In this document: one piece after another, positions 1 through 11,146 of the stretch
How the letters are laid out: each line of letters starts with the position of its first letter
Numbering within the stretch: position 1 is the first letter of the stretch
NCBI GenBank assembly: GCA_054661495.1
Contig: BAAFSQ010000096.1
Span: 1-32,000, forward strand
DNA length: 32,000 nucleotides
Direction: 5' to 3'
Origin: Zygophlyctis sp. KS116
Lineage: Eukaryota; Fungi; Chytridiomycota
Program-made: the position numbers and the translations under genes
The notes under the pieces: model-generated
The model's database searches: none
Told to the model about the DNA's origin: nothing
The model's input: the letters and a program-made list of their open reading frames with translations, nothing else

Positions 1-22
1 CATTACTGTAGTAATAATGTAG

Positions 23-1618
23 ACACTTATCAAAAAAAAATTCGTTTGATATCAGCGGAAATCGCTGCATTAGATAGCTCCATTAGCTTAATGGATAAAG
101 AGATTGATGGGCAAAGAGCCAATTTAGGTGGCATTCATGCAGCATCGCAAAATAATGATGCAATATTAAAGTCCATTCGAGTATTGGAAAATAGATTAGA
201 CAAGGTAACATCAGCAAGAGTAATTAGAAGTCTTTGGTGAAATTTAATAACGCACTGGCTGTAAATAAGAGTTTAAGAGGATCTATCGACAACTTGCGTA
301 GAGAAAGATTGGTTTTTGATAATATTTACAGAAAATTTGAACGTGAGGTGTTGGAGCAAAAGAAACAGATGGCAGACATTATTGAGAATTCGAATGCAGC
401 ATATGAAGCCAGGTTAAAACAAATCATAATTTAATTTTAGGGATGAAGCACAAGCTAAAATTATTGCTCTGCGTGAAAAAACTGAAAAAGAACAGCAAAA
501 CTATGTACAGGAAATGAAAGAGTTAGATAGAACTCTTGAACAAGATCGCAAATTAAAAGATTTCATGGCAAAGAAAATTGCAGATCGTAATGTTGACGTC
601 GATAACAGGGTCACAGAACAGAAACCCCTTTGTAACTTATCATACAACTTAATCCTAGCCAAAGAAACACAGAACACAGCTAAAACTTCCTCAACAGAAA
701 ATATCAATGAAGAATCAGTTGAGTCTTACCAAAAAGCATTTGAAGAGATACGTCAAGTTACACAAATCAATGATATCGGCGATTTGGTTCAAAAATTCAA
801 AGAAGTAGAGGATCAAAATTTCTCACTGTTCAATTTTGTGAATGAAATCAATAATGAAATTGAAATGAAGGCAGAAACTATTGTATCTATTCAGCATAAA
901 ATTGATTCCATGAAAATCGAAAATATGCTGGAAGAGCAGAAGATCAATGAAAAAATGGGATTTGCTGAAGTAAACATTAGTATTTAACAAGTAGGGAAAA
1001 ATGAAGGAATATGAAGAAAAACGTACCTTTTATACAAGACAGATCCAAAAGATTAGTCAATTATTAGATGATGTTCAAAATGGAATGAAGGGATTGAAAG
1101 ATGTAGTTTTATCATCTCCTCGTGGAAACGCAACTTCAATTGAAGAAATCACGATTTCTACTCAAACATCAACAGCCTCTGCATATTCAAATTTGATTTC
1201 CATTCTAGGATATATCGAATTAAAGACTAATGAATTGCTCACTCTTCATTTAGCTGTTAATTCCCCAAAGAATAGAAATCAAATACTTATTGGAGAAGAT
1301 GGATTACCAAAAGACTCTTCTTCTTTGGGAACAAACACAGTTGGAGGATTGTTGGGACAAGGTCCTACTGCACCTATAGGAAAATTGACAATTGTTGCTC
1401 CATCTACTGGGTAAATTTCTTAAATTTTAAAATTTAGAGATGATCATGACTCTGATGATGCACCCTCTGATGACGATGAAAGACCACTTAACCGTGAAGA
1501 AATCAAAGCCAGAACCCTTAAAGGCCTCTCTAGAAGAGCAGAGAAATCTGCTATTTCTAATCCAATAAAAACCACAGCCGTCAAAAAGTTGAAGAGAAAA
1601 GGAAAAAAATTGGAATGA
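23..1618 (+). CDS. Outer dynein arm docking complex subunit (ODA-DC2 / CCDC63 / CCDC114 family), 5'-partial
   Basis: Coiled coil with IRVLENRLDK-SLVKFN..LRRER..YEARDEAQ and E(D)QNFSLFNFVNE motifs, C-terminal DERPLNREEIK. Introns 205-230, 413-440, 632-658 (in-frame, inferred), 970-994, 1411-1437; upstream acceptor at 21-22; stop TGA 1616-1618. Confidence 0.85.
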
Positions 1619-1637
1619 TTCTTTTTTATTGTTGGTT

Positions 1638-2261
1638 TCATTTTCTATATCCGGCCGGACATGGTTGTCTTGTACCAAAGTAGGCTACAACTGCGACAGA
1701 AGCAGCTTTACCACAAAGAGTAATACCAGTGTTACCAGTAGAAATGAGTTGAGTTGAAGGCCCTGGATTTGGGAAAATTCCAGTCAAAGCCACATTACCT
1801 GCAACATTGATAAACTTGAGATCATTTAGAGTCTCAAAAGAATCACTTGGAATTTCATCACTAAACTGATTGTAACTTAAATCCAAAGATCGTAGTTGAG
1901 TTAAACCTTTAAACGAAGACAAAGGTCCAGTCAATGAGTTATTCTTGAGTCTTAAATTCTCTAGACTAGATAGAGAATAGTAAGTCTCTGGAATTTTTCC
2001 AAACAAACTGTTATTGGCAAGATCCAATACTTTTAACTGATCCAAATACCCAAATTCTTCTGGAAGTGTCCCAATAGATCCAGTTGAATTCCACCCAATT
2101 TCAATCACTTTATCTTGGGAGCAAACAACTCCCGATAAGACACAACAGTCTCCAGAGCTAGGAATCATTGTATTTTGAAAAGAGTTCCATGCATTGATTG
2201 TATGAAAACAATCTGATGATGGATCCGCAGATACTATGCTAAGCAATGCAAGAAAAAACAT
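1638..2261 (-). CDS. Small secreted leucine-rich-repeat protein (plant-type extracellular LRR)
   Basis: Signal peptide MFFLALLSIVSA, Cys cap CCVLSGVVC, repeats LxxLDLxNNxLxGxIP; intronless, 207 aa. Confidence 0.85.
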   Translation of the reverse strand: MFFLALLSIVSADPSSDCFHTINAWNSFQNTMIPSSGDCCVLSGVVCSQDKVIEIGWNSTGSIGTLPEEFGYLDQLKVLDLANNSLFGKIPETYYSLSSLENLRLKNNSLTGPLSSFKGLTQLRSLDLSYNQFSDEIPSDSFETLNDLKFINVAGNVALTGIFPNPGPSTQLISTGNTGITLCGKAASVAVVAYFGTRQPCPAGYRK

Positions 2262-2322
2262 TTAAAGTCTGACGTCGTGGAGAGGCGTTTGTTTAAGTGC
2301 CACAATTTAGAAGCTTACAGAG

Positions 2323-2576
2323 TTATTTATTACTATTTCTAATTTTATCCTGAATTCTGTCAATTTCATCCCAGTCTTTAGGAACTTTCTAATACTTTTA
2401 ATAATATAAATTACAAACAAATCGTCCTTTGGCTTTATGAGATCCTCATACAACTTTCTAGTTCCAGCAAAACCCTCAATGAAATCCAATTCATGGAAGA
2501 GCCATAGACTGCCGATCGGAAACATGATATAAATAGAAAACTTGAACATTTCCATTGTAAACTTTTTCTGAAACAT
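2323..2576 (-). CDS. PET100: Cytochrome c oxidase assembly factor Pet100-like
   Basis: MEMFKFSIYIMFPIG motif; a 26-nt intron at 2389-2414 gives a 75-aa protein ending KVPKDWDEIDRIQDKIRNSNK. Confidence 0.75.
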
Positions 2577-2658
2577 CTGATGGTAATTAGTAAATGTACT
2601 TTTTAGTAACTTGTGTTGCAAGGGCTGCGAGTTAAGTTAAGTCATTGGCCAAGAGAAA

Positions 2659-3717
2659 ATGCTTGAGGAAACAACAATTCAGAGCAGTTCGCAGGAACAA
2701 GTGCCAAGTAAAAAAGTAGAAAAAAAGGAAGAACAGGAAATCGTACTAAGAAATCTATCTGATTATAAAATATTTGAAAAGGAAAAAATCGATTATAATA
2801 TTTATACAGTTTCTGCTGAATTTGTACCCAAATGGTATGGCCATTCAGAGTTTATTCACAAGGGCTATAGAAGAATCACTAATTCTTATGTCGGTGCTAC
2901 GAAAAGTTTACTTTATTTACATAATGAAACTGGAAATATTCTGACTCATGGATTTGGATCTCTAGGATTTGTTGGACTCATGATTTGGTTTTATTCTATT
3001 TTTTCTAGGCTGGGATGGAAGGATGAGGTTGTTATGCTTTGTTTTTTTATAGGTGCTATAGGTTGTTTAAGTCTATCTACATTCTTTCATTTGTTTTGTT
3101 GTCATTCAAGGCATGTGTCTTCAATGTGGAATAAGGCGGATTATATAGGGATTGTGTTTTTAATTATTGGAAGTTTTGTTCCTTTAGTGTATTATGGTGA
3201 TTTTATACCATCTAAATTTTAGGATTTTATTGTAATCCAGTACATCAAGCAGTTTATCTGGCAATGATTCTCATATTTGGAGCTGCAACTGTAAATTAAT
3301 TTTTTTAAAAAATTACAGATTTCAATAAGTATTTCTTCTTATTTTGCTACACCACAGTATAGATTTTTAAGAACTGGTCTTTTTAGTTCAATGGGGTTAT
3401 CTGGAATTGCTCCATTGGTTAATGGTGTACTAATGTATGGGTTTCCTCTGGCTAGAGTAAATTTTGCAGTAGATCGGGTGATTATTATGGGATCCTTGTA
3501 TATTCTTGGTGCTTTCATTTACGCTTTTAGAGTTCCAGAGCGTTGGTTTCCAGGAAAATTTGATATTATTGGTCATTCTCATCAAATTTTTCATTGTTTG
3601 GTTGTCGCTGGGGCTTGTATACATTATACTGGTATTTACTATATGCAAGTATGGTGGTTAGAAAATAATCCACAGTGTCAATTAGACATTTCTGCAATGA
3701 AGGACATGTTTCATTAA
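2659..3717 (+). CDS. PAQR / adiponectin-receptor (Izh, HlyIII) membrane protein
   Basis: HNETGNILTH, STFFHLFCCHS, DYIGI, RVPERWFPGKFDIIGHSHQIFH motifs; introns 3197-3222 and 3291-3318. Confidence 0.93.
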
Positions 3718-3775
3718 TAAATCATGAATGTATATCAATGTCTTTTTATTTCAGTTTTAAACTTTTCTACCAGTC

Positions 3776-6157
3776 CTAAAAGAGTAATTCATTGTACTTT
3801 GGATACGTCCAGAATTTATCGGCAGTCTTGGCTTCCACTGCATCTGCGACAGTTCTGACTTCATCAAAGAGAGGAATCAACTCTTCATTCACAGCCAAAG
3901 CTTGAGCATCTCCTTCCATAGCATTGAGTTTGTCAATCAAAATGACTAGCTTTTCGGTTGATGATTTCAAACCAGACGTATGCGTAGATAATTCATCAAA
4001 GGTAGCCTTTTCTGGACTTTTGCTAATGTCCATTCCGCAAGACTTCATAGAGGCGAGAGAATCAGCCAAAACCTTGCGATAAGAATAAGCATCAGGTAGA
4101 AGAGTTTGGAAAATCATATTCTTCAATGTATTGCCTTCAATCAATAAATCCTTGGAATACTTTTCCATAACAATATGGAATCTAGATTCAATTTCAACCT
4201 TTGATACAATTCCTAGAGAGCTTAAAAGCGTGGTGCTAGATGGCAAAAGTAACTAATCATTAATTTACCAAGTATTTCGTACCTGCTGGAATGCTACTGG
4301 GCATGAACGGATATTGGGAAGTCCACGTCGAACAGCTTCTTTTTGCCATTCTTCAGAGTAGTTATTTCCTTCAAATCTGATGTTTTTGGAGGTTTTAATA
4401 AACTTCTTGACAATCGAGATCACATCTTCCTGAGAAGGAACTGCCTTTGATCCCATAACCTTGGCTAATTCAGCAGTTATTTTACCAAGGGAGTCAGCAA
4501 CGGCCGCATTAACCAAAGTTACTGGGAATGATGGCGATTGCTTAGATCCTACAGCTCTAAACTCAAACTTGTTTCCTGTAAAAGCAAAAGGAGAAGTTCG
4601 ATTACGATCGGTCAAATCTCGATTGATAGGTGGCAAAGAAGACACTTTGATATCTAAACGAGAACCACCGAGCTTGACAGTTTCCAAATGAGGTTTGCCC
4701 ATTTCACTTACTACGCGAGATTCTTCAATTGAGTTCAAGACTTCAGTGAGATGCTCCCCTAAGAAGACAGACATGATACCTGGAGGGGCTTCGTTTGCAC
4801 CCAAACGATGTTCATTTGAAGAGCTAGCAATTGAAGCGCGAAGTAATCCCCCGTGATTATGTACTGCGTCTAAAACAGCAACTAAAACCAATAAGAAGCG
4901 GTGATTAGTTTCAGGACTTGCTGTAGGCTCCAATAAATTATCCCCCAAATCGGTTGACATTGACCAATTACAATGTTTTCCAGATCCATTAACACCTTTG
5001 AATGGCTTTTCATGAAACAAGACCTGAAATATCAAAAATGAAAAACTACCTTGAGTTTATGACGGTGAGCCACTTGGTGTAAAGTATCCATGACCAACAA
5101 ATTATGGTCAACCGCGACAACAGCTTCTTCGAAAATTGGCGCCATCTCAAATTGATTTGGAGCAACTTCATTATGACGGGTCTTTACTGGCACTCCTAAT
5201 TTGTAAAGTTCCAACTCTGTTTCACAAATTGCAGCCAAAACTCTTGATGGAATTTGACCAAAATAATGATCTTCCAATTGTTGATGTTTTGGAGGAACTG
5301 TTCCAATCAAAGTTCTACCAGAAATCTTCAAATCCGGACGAAGATTATAAAGACCACGATCAATCAAGAAGAATTCTTGCTCTGTTCCCAAAGTAGAATA
5401 AACTCTTTTAGTAGTCTTATCTCCCAACAAATTCAAAAGCTTACAGGCAGCATTAGATAAAGCCTCTGAAGAACGCAAAAGAATAGTTTTTTCATCCAAA
5501 GCTTCCCCATTATAAGAAATAAAACAAGAAGGAATGTAAAGAATAGAAGTTCCATGAGGCCCACTTCTAATAAAAGGAGGACTATTCTCTAAGAAAATTT
5601 AAAATACCTTGTAGTATCCCAAATCGTATACCCTCTAGCTTCAAAAGTGGATCTAATCCCACCATTAGGAAAAGAAGAAGCATCTGGTTCTGCTTGCATT
5701 AACTGAGATCCTGAAAAACTATCAATAGCAGTAATCTTTTATAAAAGTTGTAAAAACTTACAACTTCCAAACCATTATTAATAGAAGTTTTCAAACTTAG
5801 GAATGAGTCATGCTTCTCAGCCGTTAGACCAGTCTGAGGTTGAAACCAATGAGTAAAGTGCGTAGCTCCTCTATCCATTGCCCAAATTCTAATTGCATGA
5901 GCAACTGCATCTGCCGTTGGCTTATCCAATGGAGTTTTTCCCTAAATTCAGTTTAATAATTAAAGAAATACCGCCAACTGCGCAACAAATAGCGCATAAA
6001 CCGATTTTGGCAGAGATCCAGCCAATACTTTCAAATCACAAACATTCTGACCAAATATTTCAGAAGGATAAGCATTTCTATTTCCAGTCTTTGGCCAATC
6101 CACTGATCGAGCGGGTCTCTCAATAACACTACTAGTCGCAGATATTCTTGCTTCCAT
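3776..6157 (-). CDS. Glutamine synthetase type III
   Basis: [96 protein letters not shown]. Introns 5942-5971, 5736-5761, 5582-5607, 5024-5049, 4253-4282 all restore frame. Confidence 0.95.
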
Positions 6158-6339
6158 TGTCAAAAGTTTTACGTGAGCGCGACTATAACGCGTTCGCGTC
6201 TTGGCCAGGGCGCCGCTGGTTGTGCTGATAAGAGTCTTCTCGGCTCATTTCTAAAGGCGATCATTCTAGATTCTAAATATAAATTCTATATCCTAAATCT
6301 AGATAAAAATTCTGTCATCTTGGAAAACCATTTTCAAAT

Positions 6340-6796
6340 TTATTTCTTTTCATTTGCATGTTTCAAATGTTCAATCTTTTCCTGTTCCAATTTTCTGAAA
6401 TACTGTTCTTCAGCAGCAGCTTCTCTCTTCCCAAAAGTTCCCGATGCAGCAGACATTGGGGATAAACGAATTGTTTCATCTAAATTTTAAAAAAAAAGGA
6501 AATTACCAGCAACCGTCTTTGAATCACTCTGTACATGACCAGTTTCAGTCACAATTGGCGATGTAATTGCAATTTTAGATTTTGAAATTTTTTCCGCCAA
6601 ATTTCTTTCTTTTTCTGCCAATTCTTGACGAAGTTTAGCAATAACTTCCTTTTCATGATCATGTATAAATTTCTCTTCTAAAGCAGACTCTCTTCCACCC
6701 TAGACTTTTAATACACTAAATTACCAATGGAGCTTTTGTACTGTACAGTCTCATTATCCGAGGTACATTAAATTTTTTAAGAGAATTACAAATCAT
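6340..6796 (-). CDS. Mitochondrial ATPase inhibitor IF1-like protein with two IF1 motifs (missed by ORF track)
   Basis: Spliced product (introns 6700-6724, 6480-6506) is 134 aa: presequence-like MICNSLKKFNVPRIMRLYSTK, then GGRESALEEKFIHDHEKEVIAKLR, then GTFGKREAAAEEQYFRKLEQEKIEHLK. Confidence 0.85.
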
Positions 6797-6867
6797 CCTG
6801 CAAGCTTTCTACTAGAGTTTTCCTAGTCCACATGAACAGCCGTGGGTTATATTTCCCATTGTAGGCT

Positions 6868-7728
6868 ATGGTTATGGCTACGGGTAAAATGAAGACAATT
6901 CTACGTAAAGACTCTAAAGACTCTCAAGACTCTCAAAAATCTAAATCAGATCAAATAGAGCTAGTAGAAATAAATGAGGAAATTTCAAAAATTGTAAATC
7001 AGATTAAATCTCTGGAAATAAAATTAAAAAAATTACAAAAGAAAAAATCAATCATGACTAGACAAGAATGTTTTTTGGAAAACATACCTTCGGACTTGAT
7101 TTTAAATTTTTGTTCTTTTTTAGATCCTAGAGATATTTCAAGGTTTGCAACATGTCAAAAAAGTTTATGGAAGCTTATCAAACATGATTATTTATGGAAT
7201 CTATTGTTAAAGGATAGATTTAATATTGAGGCTCTGCCAGGGAAGGCCCTTGAATTGTATAAGGAAAATTATAGTAAAACTAATATACTCTATGGGACAG
7301 ATCTAAGAGTTACATGGTTGGATGAAACTCATTGGAAAAGAGTACAAAGATCGGTTGAATTGGTGTTTGTTTGGTGGTTTGAAGTTCGTGGCTCTTTTCT
7401 TGGGGTTAGGTCTGGGTCATATATACCAATATTACATGGAAGCTTTAGAGGAGAGAATCTTGAAAATATTCATATTTCTATACGATCAAAAGTTGAAGGT
7501 CAGGTAGGGGGTTTTTTATTTAATTACAAGTCTAGTATATCTGAATATATTTTTTCAGATTTGACAGATAAAAGTCAATCTGAAATTCATCTACCGCCAA
7601 TTACAGTTGGGGATGACAAGGGATGTCCTGTTTTTCAGGATTTGGAATTAGAAATGCTGGATCTGGAAAGTGGATTGGTTAAACAAGGAATCACTATAGA
7701 ATATTTTGAATTAAAGAAAATAATCTAG
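6868..7728 (+). CDS. F-box protein with C-terminal PP2/Nictaba-like lectin domain
   Basis: F-box LENIPSDLILNFCSFLDPRDISRFATCQK; C-terminal LRVTWLDETHW..ELVFVWWFEVRG resembles phloem protein 2. Start could be 6868 or 6889. Confidence 0.7.
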   Translation: MVMATGKMKTILRKDSKDSQDSQKSKSDQIELVEINEEISKIVNQIKSLEIKLKKLQKKKSIMTRQECFLENIPSDLILNFCSFLDPRDISRFATCQKSLWKLIKHDYLWNLLLKDRFNIEALPGKALELYKENYSKTNILYGTDLRVTWLDETHWKRVQRSVELVFVWWFEVRGSFLGVRSGSYIPILHGSFRGENLENIHISIRSKVEGQVGGFLFNYKSSISEYIFSDLTDKSQSEIHLPPITVGDDKGCPVFQDLELEMLDLESGLVKQGITIEYFELKKII

Positions 7729-7734
7729 GAATTT

Positions 7735-9142
7735 TTAGTCTATTTTATTTTTTCTTTGGTGAGAAATCAAGTCTGCAATAGTAATGATTGAAATGTTCCA
7801 TTTTCTTGCCCATGGGATTAAATCATTTCTACGTGCCATAGTTCCATTATCAAGGGTAATTTCAGAAATAACTGATACTGGTTGCTTTCCTGCAAGCTTA
7901 CACAAATCTATTGATGCCTCTGTATGACCCATTCTAGATAAAACTCCTCCAGGATGGTAGCAAAGTGGAAATACGTGACCAGGGCGATTAAAATCTTGCG
8001 AAACACTAGTTGGGTTTGCTAAAGCATTGATTGTCATGCATCGATCAGAAGCTGAAATTCCAGTAGTTGTATTTATATGATCAACAGTTATTGCATATGC
8101 TGTTTTTAAGGAATCAGTATTTTGTTTAACCATTTGAGGAAGGTTAAGAGTCTCAAGTCTTTCACCTAGCATTGGTACACACAATACACCACTAGTAATT
8201 TAACAGAAACTAAAATACCTAGAATATCTAATCATGAATGCAGCTTTCTCAGGTGTAATATCTTGAGCTGCGATAACTAAATCACCTTCATTTTCTCTAT
8301 CTTGATTATCAACAACAATAACAAATTTCCCCATTTCTAGAATTAAATCATTATAATATACGTATTTCATGAATAGCCTTTTCAATACTATCAAATTTCG
8401 CATCTATCCAGTTTGATATTTGAGGATAAAAAGGATCTTCAAATATTGTTCTTGGTAAATCTAAACTAGGCCCATATTTTGAAAAAATAAAACTGCCCTT
8501 TTTCATTACTGCTTTGATAAATCTATCTTCATTTTCTAATAATAGCATTGGCAATAATACATCACTTAATTTTTCCATTCCCTTTATATTTTCAAGTTGA
8601 ATAAAAATAAGATCAGCATTTTTATCAACTTGCATTGATCCAGAATCTACTGAATTTGATTCGAGTACTTTAACAAGTGAAGCCCTTAAATCCATTCCTT
8701 TATCAACAAAATCCTGTATCCCCTGTTTTATAGAGATCCAAGGGTTAATCATGGCAAGACCATCATTGATACATTTAGAACTAGAAACTTGATCATATAA
8801 AACTGATGCAAGATCCGGATAATCAGAATCTAAAACCTCTTTTTTCCAATATTGATAATCATTAATCAAAATATTTGTGGCACCTTTTTGCACAGTTTTA
8901 AAAATCATTTCTAATCCAATTTCTTTTGGCTATCATTAATTCTTTCAAGAAATTACTAAATGCAATGACAAGTTTAGAGTATACACTATCCCAGGCAAAA
9001 TAAGCCATTGAGAAAGATCCCAATATTGATCTACCTGCATAGGTGCCACAATTTCCCCATTACAAATATAAACATCCCTTCTTTCTATAAAGTCTGTCCC
9101 ATCCCAAACCAATGCATTCTGACAACAAATAGACTCCTTCAT
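7735..9142 (-). CDS. RIB3: 3,4-dihydroxy-2-butanone-4-phosphate synthase fused to an N-terminal amidohydrolase-like relic domain
   Basis: [61 protein letters not shown]. Introns 8930-8956, 8337-8361, 8192-8218 give one 442-aa ORF. Confidence 0.85.
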
Positions 9143-9191
9143 ACCTCTAAATCTCTTTAAAAAACCTAAAAAATAGAAAAAAATTCCTTTA

Positions 9192-9966
9192 TTATTCCGC
9201 CAATTCTTCTTCAGTTTTCGCCATGGCTGGTTTCATAACAATAACTCTGTCATTAACAATAGCATTAAAAACTTCACTCAAGACCTTGTCTCTTTCTTCT
9301 GTAGATTCAAATTCTACAAATCCAAATCCCCTTGATCTTCCAAATCGCTTCACGACATACGCATTCTTGACCGAATAATCTTTAAAAATGGAAAATAAAT
9401 CTGCATCACGAACCTTAAAAGGAAGATTCGCGACATACATTGAAGTATTTAGCGAGGTATCAATACGATTCACTGGTTTAGACGGTTTTCGAGAAGGTTT
9501 AGCTACAGTTGAAGAGTCTTCCATTGTTTCAAGAATTTCATTAGAAGGGTTAGTTTCCTTTTTCTTATTAGGAATTTTTGGTTTTTTTGTTTCAGTGACT
9601 TCTTTAATTTTTTTCTAATTTTTTAAAAAAAGTATATTTACCTCTTCCTGTTTCTTAACCTTTTCAGTTTTTTCTTCTTTAGGCTTTGAATGACGCACTT
9701 GAATAGCTCTTCCATTTAATTCCTTTTCATTCAATTCAGAGACTGCCTTTTGAGCTTCTGCTGAACTTGAAAACGTCACAAACCCAAAACCTTTTGATCT
9801 TTTCCCAAATTTCATAATCTCTGCAGAAACACTAGACTAAATTTAAAAAAACATACACTGTTCCAGAAGCCATTGCAAACCCTGATAATTCTTCTTGAGT
9901 CAATGTAAATGGTAAATTTCCAAAATATACTTTATCGCCAGATTCAACAACTTGAGTTGCCATCAT
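9192..9966 (-). CDS. Two-RRM RNA-binding protein
   Basis: RNP2/RNP1 pairs VYFGNL/KGFGFVTF and MYVANL/RGFGFVEF; introns 9832-9856 and 9615-9641. Confidence 0.9.
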
Positions 9967-10132
9967 TTAATTTTTTTGAATTTAACCTAGACGTCGTGTC
10001 GCTAAAAGGTTTTTTTAATTTTTAAAAATTTCCGCCAGACAATTTTTAGACCTAGGATGAAAATACGCGTTTTCTCTTGTTTTTGTTTCTGGTTGTCAAC
10101 TGTCAAAAAAAAAACTTTTGCAGTGGTAAAAA

Positions 10133-10642
10133 ATGGCTGCTCTCTCACAAATTCTTCTTGGTTTATTCATTGGAATTCTTACATTTCACGCTAGATTTGA
10201 TTCTCTTTGGTACTCTTATTTTGGATCTGATCTAAATACTCTAAAATCTAGAGTCTCAACTTCTCAAAGAGCAGAAGCAACATCATTTTATAAATCTATT
10301 CTAAATTCTCATCCATACTTTAATTATGTAATGGGAATTTCTGCTGGATTATTGTTATTATCAGCTCTAGGACAAGTCTTTCAGTATCCTAGAAAAAGAG
10401 TAGCTAATACTATAAATTTACTCTTATTACTCTCTTCTACGGCGATTAGATATCTAGCGTATAAACCAATTTCTAAAATTTTTAAAGCTAGATATATTAA
10501 ACCTGATGAAGAGGCAAAAGCATTATATTCTATTGCTCTTTGGAATTCTATTTCTCTCTCTTTATTGATTTGTTGTGCATTGATTCATGTAAGTGGAGAA
10601 GAAGAGGAAGATGTTGGTTTAAAGGAAAAAAAGTCTAGATAA
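10133..10642 (+). CDS. Shr3-like ER membrane chaperone (4 TM)
   Basis: Four hydrophobic segments, pattern FIGIL..FDSLW..FY..ILNSHPY resembling Shr3; C-terminal KKSR ER-retrieval-like tail. Confidence 0.55.
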   Translation: MAALSQILLGLFIGILTFHARFDSLWYSYFGSDLNTLKSRVSTSQRAEATSFYKSILNSHPYFNYVMGISAGLLLLSALGQVFQYPRKRVANTINLLLLLSSTAIRYLAYKPISKIFKARYIKPDEEAKALYSIALWNSISLSLLICCALIHVSGEEEEDVGLKEKKSR

Positions 10643-10777
10643 ATTTTGAATTTTCTAAAGTATATTCCACATTCTCTATTTTTATACTACTCAGAATCTA
10701 ATTATATCATAGATTTAGACTAGATGTTGGTTCCTAGACTGAAACCTGCCTGATATTCAAGTCAACTATAATAGTTC

Positions 10778-11146
10778 ATGGAAAAAGGAAAGGGGAAATT
10801 AGTACTTTTAGAAAACGAGGTTGAAGAGTCTGATCATGAATTTTCTTTGACGCAATCTGACTCTGAAGAAGAATCTCTAGACTCTTTGGAAAATTCAGAA
10901 GAGTCTTTTCAAGAGGAAGAAGAAGAAGAAAATGAATTGTTGGATTTACTACAAGAAGCTCAGGAATATGGGGATGGAGGAGATATGGTTGATGGTTTAA
11001 GATCAGGAAAATATAGACAAAAATTATCAATAGATGAAACTCAAAGAGATAAATTAAGAGATAAATCACAATCTTCTTCTTCTGGAAAAAGATCTGCACA
11101 AGAGTCTGTAGAAGATAAAGACTCTAAAATAAATAAATGTCCGTAA
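10778..11146 (+). CDS. Acidic low-complexity ORF (standalone gene or first exon of POC5)
   Basis: 122-aa E/S/D-rich ORF; it overlaps the 11137 ATG, or joins POC5 in frame via a possible 35-nt intron at 11143-11177. Confidence 0.5.
   Translation: MEKGKGKLVLLENEVEESDHEFSLTQSDSEEESLDSLENSEESFQEEEEEENELLDLLQEAQEYGDGGDMVDGLRSGKYRQKLSIDETQRDKLRDKSQSSSSGKRSAQESVEDKDSKINKCP

Noticed and set aside
3776-6157. Bacterial contamination suggested by GSIII
   Set aside because: Five spliceosomal introns and host-like composition.
6173-6490. 105-aa + strand ORF
   Set aside because: Antisense shadow of the IF1-like gene plus promoter DNA.
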